This document shows positions 26,071 through 41,100 of a stretch of 64,000 nucleotides of DNA, piece after piece. This DNA comes from Camelus dromedarius (lineage: Eukaryota). The stretch covers positions 56,794,001 to 56,858,000 of the forward strand of contig NC_087436.1 in NCBI RefSeq assembly GCF_036321535.1. Reading direction: 5' to 3'. The stretch's first letter is position 1, and each line of letters begins with the position of its first letter. The position numbers and the translations under genes were made by a program. The notes beneath the pieces are model-generated. The model had not been told where the DNA came from. It did no database searches and saw nothing but the letters and a program-made list of their open reading frames with translations.

Positions 26071-27391
26071 TTGTTCTCAAATACAGAACTCACTCACAAT
26101 ATAGATACATTTCTCAGAACATATTTCTACTTTCTAAAGACCGTTTCCCAAGTCAAGTGAGACTGGTATTACTGTTTTAAGAACTGACACATGATCAACC
26201 TCAAAGAAATGACTAAAACTCCAAAAATATCTTTTAAAATATCCTTTAAAATATAAATGATCAATGTTCTAGAAAAAATAAAATACAGTTATAAAGAATT
26301 ATTAATGCCTATATCTTAATATATGAGGACAGGTAAGATACAAGAGTTGGAGAGGTTGAGATTTCCAACACCTCCATGAGCTAGGCTGATTAGAAAAATG
26401 AATGCCGCTTGACAATACATTCATATAACTCATGAAATACCTTTTAAAGCCAGATTTCCAAGTTTCCAACAATGTACTTGGGAGGCTTCCCATGTATTAC
26501 ACACACTGATTACTTATTCCTTTGCTTGGCCAAACTCTAAAAATACTAGACTTGAAGAAAATCTTAATCTTAAACTATCTCATTGAATATGGAACAGACA
26601 TCAGTATCTATTCTCATCCTGTCATTCCCTAATATTTATTCCTTTCAGGGTTGGAGGAAGCTCCGATTAACAGCACCTCAGAAGCAGCCAGACTTTCTGC
26701 TTTGTCTGTTACTTAAGTGAGTTTTTTTTTTTTTTTTTCCTCACCAGTGAGAGGTATGAAGACTTTCTCCTTCCCAGATATGTCTGGAGAGCTGGCCTTG
26801 CATCCTTTTGGCCTGTTTTTCTCAGGAAAAATGAACAAACAGCTATCTGTGCATTATCTCTCCGGGTAACTGTGCCTTTCTTTGCATAATCTCTGCACTG
26901 GGGACGTGTGTTAGCAATCTGCCCATCTTATTACTGTACCAACCTGACCATCCCACTGGACTGGTAAGAGGAACTCTCCTTCTAAATCCCAGTCCTGACA
27001 ACTCAAACAGCAACATCCTTACCATGTGTACTCCAGCTCCTCCCTTTTGCTCAGGAGCCTCAATTAGTCCCCCTCTATTTCTCCTGCATTTTCCATTTCT
27101 CCTTCTCCACTGCAGGCTTTGCATCCCCATTCAAAAATGCTACTGTTTCTCTTAAAACGACGACGACAACAACAAAGTGCCTTCGCCTTCTGCTTTCCCA
27201 CTCACCTTAATAGCTAAACTCTGGGAAATAACACTTTACTCCCGAAGTCTCCACTTCCTCACCTGCCTGCTCCTCTTCCACCACCGCGAGTGGGGCTCAT
27301 TCCCCAACCTCTACAAAACCATCTTCCTGCCGAGGTCACAAATGACCTCTCTGTGGCTAAATCCGATTGACAATTTGCATTCCTCATTTTC

Positions 27392-27650
27392 TTTTTATGG
27401 TGGTAAAAAACACAACATAAAATTTACCATTGTAACCATTTTTAAGTGGCCAGTTCAGTAGAGTGACACAGTCACTGCTGTGAAAAAGATCTCCAGAACT
27501 CTTGCATCTTGCAAATCCGAAACGCTACACCCAGTAAATAACAACTCCCCTCTCCTCCCTCCCCCAGCCCCTGCTAACCACCATTCTATTTTCCATGAAT
27601 TTGACCACTGTAGATACCTCACTTAGGTGGAATCATATGTTCCGTCTTTT
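27392..27650 (-). mobile_element. Old L1M (L1MB-like) 3' UTR fragment
   Basis: AACATAAAATTTACCAT...TTTTTAAGTG..CAGTTCAGT...CCCCCAGCCCCTG..AACCACCATTCTA...GTGGAATCATA. Confidence 0.7.
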
Positions 27651-30479
27651 GAGCGCACTGCTAATTTTAGTCTCGGCATAGGACTCAACTGACAACTCCT
27701 TTTCTTCCATCTTCGGTGCCCCGACCCTATACACCTGCCTGTGTTTCTTACTATTTCACTGGCCATTCCTGGCTGCAGGATGTTAAAGCACACCATTAGT
27801 AATAAAATTTCAAATGTTAATTTGGCTCATCCATATTTTGGTGGAATGACATGCAAACTATACAAGAATAAACTCTTCACAAAGGCTAACCTTGAAAAGG
27901 AATGCATAAAATTATTTTGCAGTATGAAAACTTTGTCTCCAGCTACAAATTTCAGTGTCTCCTCACTCTCTAAATAAATATCACAAAATAATCAAACAGA
28001 ATGACTTATTGTAACACCACATGGCAAGTTTTTAGTAAAAGAAGAGATTCAGAAACCTTAAAATATGTATTTTATAACAGGTAAAGGAGGAAAATGACAA
28101 TAAATTGTCCTTGGTATTTTCAATCTTCCACAAAGCAAACACTCACAAACAATCGTAAGCAGAGAATGGAATATACCTGGACCACAGCTGCACTGTGCAC
28201 TTCTGAGGTTCACTGGCACAGCAAAGCCATTTATTTTAGTCAAGGAAACTGCTTGCTGACAGGAAAAATGGGTATCTTTTGCTGGCTTCCTGACAATAAA
28301 TTTGGTGAGTGTGTTCACTTGTAACTGTGATCCCCCTTCTGGAAAATTAAATCAACTAAACCTCAGCTGGAAATGTCTGACAGTCTTAATTACAAGTTAA
28401 GTTTATTAATTAATTTCAACAGCCTTTGCTCCTGTAGCAATCTAAAAGCATTATTTAAGTCAGCTAATTCTCCATTTATTATAAATGGCATCTTGAAGAG
28501 AATTTCAAAATCAGCCAAGTAGGGGCATCCTTGATTTGCACGTGGAGGGGCAGAGGGGACTGACTGTCAGAGGAGAAAAGAAGATGATGAAATATATTAT
28601 AATACCACCCAAAATGAGGTTTATTTTTCGTGAGAGCGAGGAAAAAGGACTAACTCAAAGAAATTATTTTTCTTGGAGCGTTCCGATTTACTGAAGCAAG
28701 GGAAAGAGGGAAACATATAAGCAGGCCTCTGAAGGAACTGGAACTTGTTTGCACTGAGGGAAGAATTTGTTCTTTGTCATTATATCCCGTTTTCTTCAGC
28801 ACCTTACAAACTCTGCCTTAACTTTATGCCTTTCTCTGCTCTTCTTGCCTTTCCCTGCTCTTCTTGCCTTTCCCTAATGGATTTTGCCATTATTAAATGT
28901 CCAGTATTATTATTATGTGAACTCTCTAGTTATCTATACTATTCCTTGCTCTCTGTAGAGAAAATGTAGTATGAGGTCCAAAGAAAACATAAGTAAAGAA
29001 TGAGCATATTTTTATGCTGTGTCTATAAAAAATACCAATATAATATAAAGATTTTAAGATATGACACCAACTTAAAAATCATTTGTAACAATCCCCTGAT
29101 AAAAGTCTGACTCCCTCAGTCACAGCAGGGTACTTACCACTAACCTTAGCTGCTCTCATTTTGCATCATCAGTTTCATCACTGGATCATTCCTCTCAATG
29201 ATTTCAACAATTTCTACTAGTTAGGGAGAGTTTCTTATACAGGGGGAAAAAAATCTGCCATTTTGTAAATATTAATGTAATCCTAATATAAAAAGAATTA
29301 ATGACAGTGATTTTTTTAAAATTCAGATTAAAAGGATATATTAATCAATAAGCAGTGTTGAGTCAATCCATTACCTATTTCAAAATACAAATGAATCTGT
29401 GTGAATACCTCCCGTTCAACAGCCACCCACTGTGAGTCCTGGGAGAAGTCAGGTATCTTGAAAAAGCCACCACGGTGCCCCCGGCTCCAGCCAGAGTGGC
29501 CTTCCAGCATGAGAGGACAGAAGCCAAGGGCCACATGTTCCCTGGCTAAAGATTCTGGGTCATGCATCCTGAGCACTCCCACACAGCCACTCATTGCATC
29601 CCCTCATTCATTCAACAACCACAAAATATCATTTGAATTCCCCCTTGACGCCAGGCATAATGCCCACTTTAATGTCCTGCTCTCGTGGAGCTTACACTCC
29701 AGGGTCCACTGTCCTCTAACAGACTAACAGACCATGAGGACCTGTCCCATCAGACTTTCCATCCCTGTTTACCTGCCACAACCAGAAGTACAAACCCCTC
29801 AGTCATCCATCATCTCCCGAGCTCTTCCTCCTTCACCGTCCTATGTATCTCCTAATGGGATCCACTTCCTGCCCCTCTCAGCCCTCACAGACTCTCTATC
29901 ATTCTACACCTCCCTTGTAGTCCTTTCTAACAGGGGTCCCCATTCTCTCATATCGCATGCTTATAAAGCTGGAGATGGAGCAGGTGTCCTCATTTCTGTT
30001 CCTAACATCAGCAGTCATCTTCGATCCTCCAAAATGCCAAGTCCTTTGAGGCCCAAGTCATCAGCCTGTAGCACTGGCTGTCTGTCCACTCACTGTCTTG
30101 CCCCCACCTCACACTATTGCTTTAGCCCCCCGCTCACTGGCTCCTCCTTACCCCATTCCAATAATACTTCTTGATGACCTCAGTGTTATCATGCTGAATC
30201 ACTGAATGAGGAGACTGCTAAATTCTCTGACTTCTTCACTTCAGTGGTAATCCCTCTACAACCAATTAAGTGTTAGGCCTGGAAGACCCCAGCCATGCAC
30301 TCCAGAATTCACAACCTTTACTTTTTCATCAACAAGTATAACATGCCTAAAATCTGGATTTTAAGCACCTTTTTTCCTAACTCAACCACTCCTCTTCCTC
30401 TTGATTTGAATAGCTTTTCTACTGTACTGAACTGAGTCATCAATTTCACTGACTCTTACAACTGAATTAATTCTTATCA

Positions 30480-31270
30480 AATTCACAGACTCAGCAATTT
30501 TCCATTATCCATCACACTGCTCCTCTTCCCCCATCAATATTTCCACACGCCTGTCAGTTCTTCCTCTAAAACATAAACCCGTCCAATCATATACATCTCT
30601 ATTAGGACCTTCATGGCCTAAACAGCTACCATCTCTTGCCTGAACTAGGGAAATAAACATAGTCTCCTGCTTTCATTATTTTTCCCTTACAATCAAGTTT
30701 CCATGGTACTCAGAGTGATCTTTTAAAAACATACATCAGATGTTACTCACATGATTAAAATCCTTTATTTGGCTTCCTATTTAATTGAAATGAGAATCTA
30801 AATCCTTTAACATGACCTACAAGGCAATAAATGGTCTTGCCCTTGACAACTTCTTCACTCAATCACTTACCACTCTCTCCTTCATTTACTCTGCTCCAGT
30901 CATAGTGGCCTTCTTTCCATTCCTTTAACACACCAAGCTGATTCCTCTCTCAGGGCCTTTGCACTTGCTATTCCCACAGCCTGGAGAGGGTAACTCCTAC
31001 ACATCTGCATGGTTAATATCTCCTTTGAATTATTCCTGTTTCAGCTCAAATCTTCTTTTCCCCTAACTACTGTCTAATGACTTTACTCCTCCCTTCCCTC
31101 CTTACACTAGTCCTATTGCCCCATATTATTTCTTTATAGAATACACTGTAATATAAAACTATACTATTTGCACATCTGCTCCGACTACACCGTAAGTGCA
31201 TGACAGCACTTTGCCTCTGCCACAAACCAAGCACCCACCTAGAACACTGAGTGGCACACGTAAGTACTTC
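30480..31270 (+). mobile_element. L2 3' fragment
   Basis: CCATCTCTTGCCTG...CAGAGTGATCTTTTAAAA...CATGACCTACAAGGC...CTCAGGGCCTTTGCACTTGCTATTCCC. Confidence 0.75.
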
Positions 31271-32189
31271 ATAAACATTGTTTGGTTTATTTATTATATA
31301 CAATATGTAATAAACATGAGCAGAGACCACTGCTCATCTATGAGGCCCGAAACTAAGGGAGAATCTTTGTGGGAGAAGACATAGTTGTGGATCTTGGTCA
31401 AGGAACTAGCTCACGCTATCAGCCAAAAAGAATTATATAACTGCCTCTGACCCAAAGAAAGCTTAAATATCTCATGATTTTTCAGTTGATTTTCTTGGGA
31501 TTATCTATATAATTGTTGGAGATTAATGCCAAAGATTAAACATAATATGCCACATGAGAGTTTACTAGCACAGAATAGAACTATTAACTTGCCTTATAAT
31601 TCTAGAAGTCAAATGACATGACACACTTGTATTAGGCTCATTTTCTTCTAAAATCCCTAGTGTTTCAAATATTTGTTTTTGCTAACCTTATCCCACCCCT
31701 TTACCCCAAATATGTCCCAGAAGAGCAAATGATTTGATCCAAATTACACATAACCATACTACATTTCTTTCTTTCTTTAAAAAAAAAAAAAAGCTAGATT
31801 TGGTCCATTTGCCTACACTTGTGATATATTTTTGAAGGAGGATCTTTTTATGACAGATGAATGCTATCCCTCACTGCCTCATGTTACCCATAAATTTAGG
31901 TAGCAAGCTGTAGAGGGCCTCATCTAAGTCACTGACTGATCTTCAAATAATATTCATTGGTTAAACTCCTTCAACCTGTTATGAATCATTGGCCTCATTT
32001 TATTTTTAAATTCAAAGGGATCTTAAGAGCCTTTCTTTGATGACTTGTTAAAATTAACATTTCCCCCAGTCTATCCAAAATGTGTTAAGTTAGGTGTGAC
32101 TGGTTTCTTGAAAACTTAATTCTGGGTCTTGGCAATTCTGCCTTCCTTTTCTCAATGCTCACTAACTGGCTTTTAATAACTCCTTCTAG

Positions 32190-32320
32190 TAATAACCTAT
32201 TATGAAAAAGAATATATAAATATACATATGTATGTGTATATACATATGAATCACTATGCTGTACACCAGAAACACAATGTTGTAATCAAATATACTTCAA
32301 TAACAATTAATTAATTAAAT
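32190..32320 (+). mobile_element. L1 3'-end fragment
   Basis: AATAACCTAT...AAAAGAATATAT...GAATCACTATGCTGTACACCAGAAAC...ATACTTCAATAA. Confidence 0.7.
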
Positions 32321-33552
32321 ACTTCATAATGAACCTAAAAAAAAGTCTTCTAGACTTTTTTTTCAGGTGAGCTCAAGCTCAAATTAGTTTATAATTTGGA
32401 AGTTGACCTTTTTCTGTTTTGAAAATCAGCACTTGTCCCCATTTATTATTTATTTACCTGTCCCTAGTCTTCTACTTTATTTTTCATTCACCAAGATAAA
32501 AAAAAATGAAAATTGTGTTACTTGGCAAATCTCACCTGTTAAGTTCTCTAAATACTCAGGCTATAAATCATCAAGAAAAAGAGACTACAGAGAGCTCATT
32601 TAGAACAACTTTCTACCTGAGGCTTCAATTTCTTCCAGAATGTAAATAAACCAAAACCTTTTCGGCATTTACCTCCAGGTTTGAGTAACTTTTGTTTGCT
32701 TTTTTTATATTTTTCAACAACCAGCATTTATTATTTTAATAAGAATTCCTGATAATACTCCCCTTTTTTACTTTTTCATCTCTTGAATTAATGTTGTCTG
32801 GTTGTTTTATTTTTCACAGTGAAATGATTTCTGTATTTGCGTGTATATACATTTACCTAACACGCACATGGTACTGCTTTAATATCCCTCCTAATATCAT
32901 TGCTAAGAGATCTGTTGATTTTGACAAGAGATATTTGATTCCATTACTGTAAGTTAAGGATAAGTCTGAGCCCATCAAGTTTGTTTAGAAGTCTTGCTTC
33001 TTTGTATTAAAACCTCAAATTCGCCATTATGTAAACAGTGATATACAACTGCCCTAAGCCATTAAAATATCTCAGAAATTTATCCTCATTTTTTCCTACC
33101 TATGAATTACTAGGATATTGGTACAAATAAAGTATGTGAAAAGATAAAACACACATGTACCACTAGCTCAAATACTGCTGAGCTGTCATCCTAGCTTTAA
33201 CACATTCTTCTGTTACTAGAAATTAATACCTATTCTTCAGAAGTAATTAATTAGATGCATCTGGGAGATGAACACCTATTGAGTGCTGAGACTGCTTTTA
33301 TGATCAATGTAATTTGAAAACAGAGTTCTTTAATTTGACTAAGAAGAAAATTAAGACGTCTAAATATCCATACCTGTCATGTTTTATATTATATAGTATA
33401 CGGTTGCAGTGTTCTTTTATAAAACCATACCATCATAATAAAAATCTTTACATAAAGGTAGAAAAACCTGAGCTTCTGAAAATTTCAATGTGACTGAAAT
33501 ATGTAAAACTGAATAGTGGCAAAAGCTAGAAAATTAAGCCGCCATCATGGTG

Positions 33553-34881
33553 AAGACTGCCTATTAGCAAACAATGAAGCTAAAACACTCCCTTACACCA
33601 TATACAAAAATCAACTCAAAATGGATTAAAGACTTAAATATAAGACAAGATACAATAAACCTCCTAGAGGAAAACATAGGCAAAACATTATTTGACATAC
33701 ATTTAAAAAATTTTCTCCTAGAAGAAATAAAAGCAAGAATAAACAAATGGGACCTAATGAAACTTACAAGCTTCTGCACAGCAAAGGAAACCAGAAGTAA
33801 AAGAAGAAGAAAACCTATGGAATGGGAGAAAATTTTTGCAAGTGAAACCGACAAAGGCTTGATCTCCAGAATATATAAGCAGCTCATACGACTCAATAAG
33901 AAAAAAATAAACAACCCAATCCAAAAATGGGCAGAAGACCTAAACAAGCAATTCTCCAAGGAAGACATACAAATGATCAAAAAGCACATGAAAAAATGCT
34001 CAATATCACTAATTATCAGAGAAATGCAAATCAAAACTACAATGAGGTATCACCTCACACCAGTCAGAATGGCCGTCATTCAAAAATCTACAAATGACAA
34101 ATGCTGGAGAGGCTGTGGAGAAAGGGGAACCCTCCTACACTGCTGGTGGCAATGCAGTTTGGTGCAGCCACTATGGAAAACAGTGTGAAGATTCCTCAAA
34201 AGACTAGGAATAGACTTACCATATGACCCAGGAATCCCACTCCTGGGCTTGTATCCAGAAGGAACCCTACTTCAGGATGACACCTGTACCCCAATGTTCA
34301 TAGCAGCACTATTTACAATAGCCAAAACATGGAAACAGCCTAAATGTCCATCAACAGGTGACTGGATAAAGAAGATGTGGTATATTTATACAATGGAATA
34401 CTACTCAGCCATAAAAACCGACAACATAATGCCATTTGCAGCAACATGGATGCTCCTGGAGAATGTCATTCTAAGTGAAGTAAGCCAGAAAGAGAAAGAA
34501 AAATACCATATGAGATCGCTGATATGTGGAATCTAAAAAACAAAAACAAACAAACAAACAAAAACAAAGCGTAAATACAGGACAGAAATAGACTCACAGA
34601 CAGAGAATACAGACTTGTGGTTACCAGGGGGGTGGAGGGTGGGAAGGGATAGACTGGGATTTCAAAATTGTAGAGTAGATAAACAAGATTACACTGTATA
34701 GCACAGGGATATATACACAAAAAGTTATGATAACTCACAGAGAAAAAAATGTGACAATGAGTGTGTATATGTCCATGAATGACTGAAAAATTGTGCTGAA
34801 CACTGGAATTTGACACAACATTGTAAAATGATTATAAGTCAATAAAAAATGCTAAAAAAAAAAAAGACTGCCTATTAGCAA
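33553..34881 (+). mobile_element. Young 5'-truncated LINE-1 (ORF2 C-terminus, 3' UTR, poly(A)) with 18-bp TSD, antisense to PDLIM5
   Basis: ORFs 33574..34188 and 34249..34536 are in the same frame and encode typical ORF2 sequence ([25 protein letters not shown]). AATAAA and A-tail at ~34841-34865. TSD AAGACTGCCTATTAGCAA at 33553-33570 and 34864-34881. Confidence 0.97.
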
Positions 34882-37421
34882 CACCCCTAATTAATCTTTT
34901 TAAGTTGTAATTTCTTTAGAATAAAAAAAAAGTTGCAGGAAGTGTCTTCAATACTGAGCTTTAGTCAAGAAAAGAAGTTCCTTTTATTTTCTTTAGTTGA
35001 GTTCAATAAAATAATTTTGTGAAATTTACCTCTCTAAAGGTGAAGTGAAAAGAATTTATCCAAACAGTATCATAAGAGAAACATTGTTCATCTGATAAAA
35101 TGCCTAGAGAACTTAGTCAATTTTTTTTTATTATGAATATTGATTTTTATGAAGAAAATCTTTTTATATGGTAGTCTTCTCAGCTTAATTTGGGAAAAGT
35201 ACTCAAGTACTTCCATAATTAAACAGAGAATCAAACAATTTGTGCGTGAAAATGAGTAGACGGGAACTATGTTTCTTGCTTTAGTAACTTTATAAGTACT
35301 TTTCTCACAAGGAACTCAAGTGTAGTAATTACTTATGTTCAATAGATGGCAGCCTTTATATTATAGTCACCAAACCAGTATTTGCATAGGACAGTATAAT
35401 CCACCAGTAGAAAATGAAAGCAGATAAATTACAAATATTCCATATTTTGCAACAAACAAAAAATTACTGCTTGGTTATATACCCATTATTTGAATCTGTG
35501 GTCTTTTTTCCAGGTTGGCAAAATGCTTTGCAGGAATCCATATGATAGTATTGGCTAAACGGTTCTGTCCAGCTGTTAATGTTTTTATTTTTTAAAAATT
35601 AGACTATGCTGTGAAAGCACTGGTGTTCTGTGTTTTGGGGAAAATCTGACTGTTAATTCTTACCTCATGAAAACATGTGAGAATATGAGCCTAGGAGTGA
35701 TCCCTGATCTCTTTGCATCGCTTATAAGGAATGGTTTTAGATTAACTTAAATGACGTGTGTCTTAATACGGAGATGCAACAAGAGTCCAGTATACGGTGA
35801 AACAACAATAATGAAGACACGCACAGGAAAGCAAACTCATTGCTACTCATTAATCTGTTTTATGTGGACCATGTGAATGTCTACGAACGAGCTAAAACAT
35901 TTTGAAAACTTGCTGTAAAAAGAGCATGCTTGGAAATACTTATGTATTATCTGCTTTCTAAATTTTCAGTGAATATACAAAGGTCCTACGTTTCTGTTCA
36001 AGAAGTGACTTAACATCTGTTCTGATGGCCCTCAGCTGGAAATCATGTGGACATTATTTGGTGCTATGGGACAGCCTAGAAGAGGATATTTTCCCCCCAT
36101 AACTGCTTCAGTTTTGTGTAATGTAACTGGCGACTGGAGTTTGAACTGTTTTTCAATTAAAGGGAGGGGCAGTCATTTCTCCCTTGGTGAGTATATTTTA
36201 AGTCTCTGAAAATTGGGAAACGGGATCATATATTATAATTCCTAACCATAATGTGTGAAAAATCAGAACATAGCATTCCTTGAGCAAGAGAAAGAAAAGA
36301 CTTACAAAAGTATGTTTTGATCATGGTACTTTTAAATATCTTTTTGCTAAACTAAAATGTTACTTTATGCTTATTTATACAGACCTATACAACCATAAAA
36401 AATTTAAAATCACCTATTAAATATCTTACTATATAGTAGAAACTGACAAAGTAGTGAGATTAAGAAAATCTCCCTTTAATTGAAAATATTGTGGTACTTG
36501 ACACAATGATGTATTTTGGGTATAAAAGTTTTTAAAAGAATTACCTTTAAATGAAATTTTCTATGGCCTCCCATAACTCTCTATATTGGTAGGCCACAAA
36601 TTATTATTAGGTTTCAGTATTAATAGCTAACTAATAATATGGTGGCTGCTTCTTTTTAATCAATGTTCTAATTAGATTCTTAACTTAAAACATTCCCTTA
36701 GTAATGATAAAATTTTGGTTGGTTTTTGCAATCAGAGCACTAAGCATTTGATAGCCTATTTCTAAAATCAGTCAGGTATCGTCCCTCACAGGAGTGAGTG
36801 AGCTATTCATGTTGAAATAGACCAAAAACACAAAGGACGATGGATAAAGGAACAAATGTTCATTTAATTAAAAAAAGTATCTCCAATGACTATTTAACAG
36901 ATAATATAACGGGAAAAGTATCAAGTTTTGCCAATTTGATTGTCCAGAGCACAACTATAATTCTCTTCTCAAGCAGTTTAGGGATGGTTCCACTTTACCC
37001 TCAGTGAGGATATTAATGCCTTGACATTTTTATGAAATTTCAACCTTATGTTGAATTTTGTACTCAATTAAAAATTACATATACCATGTTGTAAACAATT
37101 TCCCTACAATTGAACAATTAGGGAACTGGAGCAGTATGCAATTCCATACAATTAATACCACTAGTTAGTGCTAATCAGAGCCAAATCCGGGGGCCAGGGG
37201 AGGGGAGAAGACAAAAACCTGTGTTCAAAGAGCTCATCCTCTAGTTAGGGACAGAGGACCCAGGGATAAATACCTGCCATGCAAATTAGAAAAGAAGGCA
37301 CCACAACAGAGGTAACAATAATACTTCCAACTGGGTCCAAGTCAGTGATTCTATTTAAGAGTAACTTTTTCTTAAATGCTAATCTATCAAAATAAACATT
37401 AGTACAGAAAGGCAGCACGAG

Positions 37422-37827
37422 TGTGGTATGGACTGAACTGTGTGCTCCCACCCTACCAAACTCAGATGTTGGAGCCCTAACTCCTAATATGACAGTATTT
37501 TGAGACAGGGCCTCTAGAGAGGTAATTAAGGTTAAATGAGGTCACAAGGCTGAAGTCCTAATCCAAGAAGACTGGTGTTCTTAAAGGAGAGGAAGGGATA
37601 GATACCAGAGCTCTCCCTTTTCACAAGTCCACAGGGAAAGGCTGTATGAGGACACAGCCCAGCCAGAAAGTGGCCACCTGCAGGCCAGAGAGGCCTCACC
37701 CAAAACCTACCCTGCTGGCGCCTTGCTCTTGGACTTCCAGCTTCTACAACTGCGAGAAAATAAATTTCTGTTGTTTAAGTCACCAAGTCTAGGCATCTTG
37801 TTACGGCAGCCTCAGCTGACTAATACA
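37422..37827 (+). mobile_element. MaLR solo LTR (MLT1A/B-like)
   Basis: TGGTATGGACTGAA...GGTAATTAAGGTTAAATGAGGTC...GGACTTCCAGC...AATAAATTTCTGTTGTTTAAG...GACTAATACA. Confidence 0.85.
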
Positions 37828-37903
37828 GTTTATTTATAATTTGGGGAGCGGTTCACCAGAGATGAAGCTTACAATCTTTTAACTGAATCTGTATATTTAT
37901 ATA

Positions 37904-38124
37904 CAGTTGGCCCTTGAACAACGTGGATTTGAACTACACTGGTCCACTTATACGTGGATTTTTTCCCACTAAATACATACTACGGTATTACATGATCTGC
38001 ACGTGGTTGAATTCACAAATGCAGAACCCCAGAAAGGGAGGCCCGACTGTAAAGCTAGATGTGGATTTCTGACTGCACAGGGTGGTGGCACCTCTAACCT
38101 CCCATGTCGTTCAAGGAGCAACTG
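37904..38124. mobile_element. Tigger2/MER8-type MITE with TIRs and TA target duplication
   Basis: TA|CAGTTGGCCCTTGAACAAC ... GTCGTTCAAGGAGCAACTG|TA. Confidence 0.88.
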
Positions 38125-41100
38125 TATTTAAATACTTAAATATGTATATTTACATACACACTTATGTATAAATGTCCAGGAAGAAATACCATGACCACTA
38201 GAATGCCTTTACCTCCCAATGTGTATTATACTCTGAGTCTTGTGTTTGAAAAGCTTATCCTCTAGTTGGGAGATTTAGGACATGTAGACAAATATCCATA
38301 ACACATATTAGAAAAAGAGGTGCCGAAGAGTGATAAAAATGACACAGTTGTTACTTCAGAAGTGAGATTATTTCCACTGTGGAGGGTGGGGTGGTACACC
38401 ATGGGTGAGACTGTGTGGCTGAAGCTGTAGGAGGAACAAGAAAATCTCAGAGGAGGGAGCATTTGTACTCCGCCCAGTCATTCTCAGGGAAGCACCACTG
38501 GCATTTTGGGCAGATGACGCTTGATCCTGTGGGACAATTCCGAGCAGGACAAGACACTGAGTATCCTTGGCCCCGAGTGGCACCCTCCTGACCTTGTGAG
38601 ATCTATACCACCCCCTACACATTCCCAAAGGCCACTCAGAAGCAGCATCTTCCCTGGCAGAGAACTAGAGAAAACTTTTAGGATATGAAGGAAACGGCGG
38701 AGGTGTTAAATAAAACGCATTAAGTGACTGATCAAAAGGCTTCTAAAAAGTTGCATATAGAAAAGTATAACATACAAAATAATAATAGTATATGAAGTGC
38801 TGCTTTCCAGTGACGAGATCGTATCACATTTATTCAGAATTAAACTTAATTTTCTGTTTTGAAGCTCTTACTTCATTGACTCATTCATATAGCCCTGATA
38901 ATATTTGATTTTTTGGGGGGCCAGTAAAATTGCTTTATTTCAAGGCTAAAACACAAAATCCTATAAACACCAAGATAAGAAATAAAAGTTATTTATAACA
39001 GAAACATCTTTACCTCCTCATTCCTCCCAGGGTGCCTCTGATGGAATCAACAAATAGACATCTTTAGTGGAGGCAAGGAAGAGTCAGTGTATCTTTCTTT
39101 TGACTTCCATACATGTTTCAGGCTGCCCTAAATTGATCCTTTCACTTTAATGATTTCATTAAATGGTATCTGAGATCTGGTTTGAAAATGTAAGGAGAAG
39201 GGAGGAGAAGGTCCAGGACAGAGAGAATGATGAGAAGGCGAAGACAAGGATCACACTGAAGAGAATGGGGGCAACTGAGGTACAAGGTGGGAGCTCACAG
39301 AGCCAGCGTGGCCTGCCCAGGTTGGCCTGACCTGTGCTGAAGGGGCCAGGCTTTCCCTGCCCTCCCAGATCAGTTCACCGCCCGTGGACGGTGCCACAAA
39401 GGCTGTGGCCTTGGAGAAGGGGGTGTCTGCAGCTCAGGTGATATGTGAAAACCAAGACAGGTTTTCACAGAAAGGACTAAATTGTCAAGTTCATCCCAAA
39501 ATTATGAGCAGAGCATTATATGTTCCATATCTACACATGGAAGTTTTGCTTGAGTGACTTCACGTGCTTAAGGGGCATTCTGTTCCCTACAAATATGTTA
39601 CCAACATATCCCATGTTAATGCCCCCCTGTTCTAGGTCTTCCATGGGTCTCAACTAGAAAAGCACTAAGCCGATCATTATGCCCAGGGCACGCACTAACT
39701 TGGTGGGTAGACTTTATTTAGCAAATTGATTAGACTTTCTGGCTTTTCATTTTCTAATTTTACTTGGACGTGGTTAGACATAATAATTAGACAACTTCCC
39801 ATTTAAAATGCTGTGGACAGTATGGGGAACATACGTTATTTGCCTGAATGCACAAGTATTCTGTCTTTGGATTGAGCTTCCCCTCACCTACCACATTCTG
39901 GCCACACGGTCCCTTCTGTTCTGTGTACCTGCTGGGCTCCTTTCCACCTCAGAGTTCCCAGCCTTGTTTCCTCTGCCTTGAGCACTTGCCCCACGTCATC
40001 ACATGGTTGACCCCGTTTACTCTCTCAGGTGATGGCACTGAGGTCATCGCCTCAGAGGTCCACAAAATCTAAGTAAGCCTACCCTGCCTGGGCCAAATTT
40101 CCTTTGTATTAACTAATTTTATTATCTGGGTAACAGAGTTATCTCAGATGATCTTGTCTATATATCAACTGCTATTCACTTCTGAATCTCTAGCATGGAT
40201 CAGTCCCTGGAATTTAAGCATTCGGTAATTAGTCACGCGAAAGAATGAATACAGACAAAAATGAATATTCATGATTTATATGATTTTAAAGACCCATCAG
40301 CAACACAACGATTGCACAATTATTTGTCTGGGGAAATCAATCCACCCTGTATTTCTGGAAAAAAAAATGTGAATAAAAAAAGGGACTGTTACTCTCTTTC
40401 CTAACATCACAGTTTTTATTAAACAAGCCCTCTAGGGTATTTTTTTATCTGTATCCTCCTTAAGGGCGTAATCATGTGCAAAATGAGTACGTTTCTGGTT
40501 CCACAAATAATTGTTTATCATGGTAATAAAAAGATTGTGTGGGAGACATTATCTTCTGGCTGGTAAAACATTATTAAGAAAAAAATGTTGGAAACTCTTA
40601 GGAGTAACTTTCCAATTTTACGTGAAAAACAAGTCTGTGATAAAGAAAGTCTGTATAAGAGAGACAAACAAAAACAATCTATAAATTAGGTAACCAGACT
40701 TGCAACAATACTTCTGCAAGAAGCTTTTACAGTTTTTGGCTAGCATTTAAGCCTGGAATAAAGATGTCCCAGGAGATTAACAAAGCAGAGGAATTTCACC
40801 TCTGACAGGGAGGTTTAAACGGAACGTCCTTTGCAATCCTGGCTGAACATTTACCCTCGTACTCAAGTATGGACCGTTCCATTTACCATTTATCTAAGTC
40901 TACACTTTCGATGAGACAATGAGACACTTTAAATATTTTCACTTCTAATTAGGCAAGGTATTAAACTCTTATTTTCAACTGCACCTATTTCAACTTACAA
41001 AGTTCTACATACATACGTTGTCTTCACTTACCTAAAACTCTCTTAGCAGTTCTTTCTCTCAACTCTGAAGTTATTCTAGAAATTTGGTTCTTGGTGTAAA

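Noticed and set aside
28836..28873. 19-bp perfect tandem duplication, and similar short ones near 16000, 50680, 52050 and 60672
   Set aside because: Ordinary slippage duplications with no spacer structure. Not an array or CRISPR.
29328..30174. ORFs of 88-146 aa including 29734..30174
   Set aside because: Ser/Pro/Leu-rich with no recognisable domain or splice context, in decayed L2-like pyrimidine-rich sequence.
33564..34816. Minus-strand ORFs of 156 and 116 aa
   Set aside because: They are antisense shadows of the L1 ORF2 and 3' UTR.
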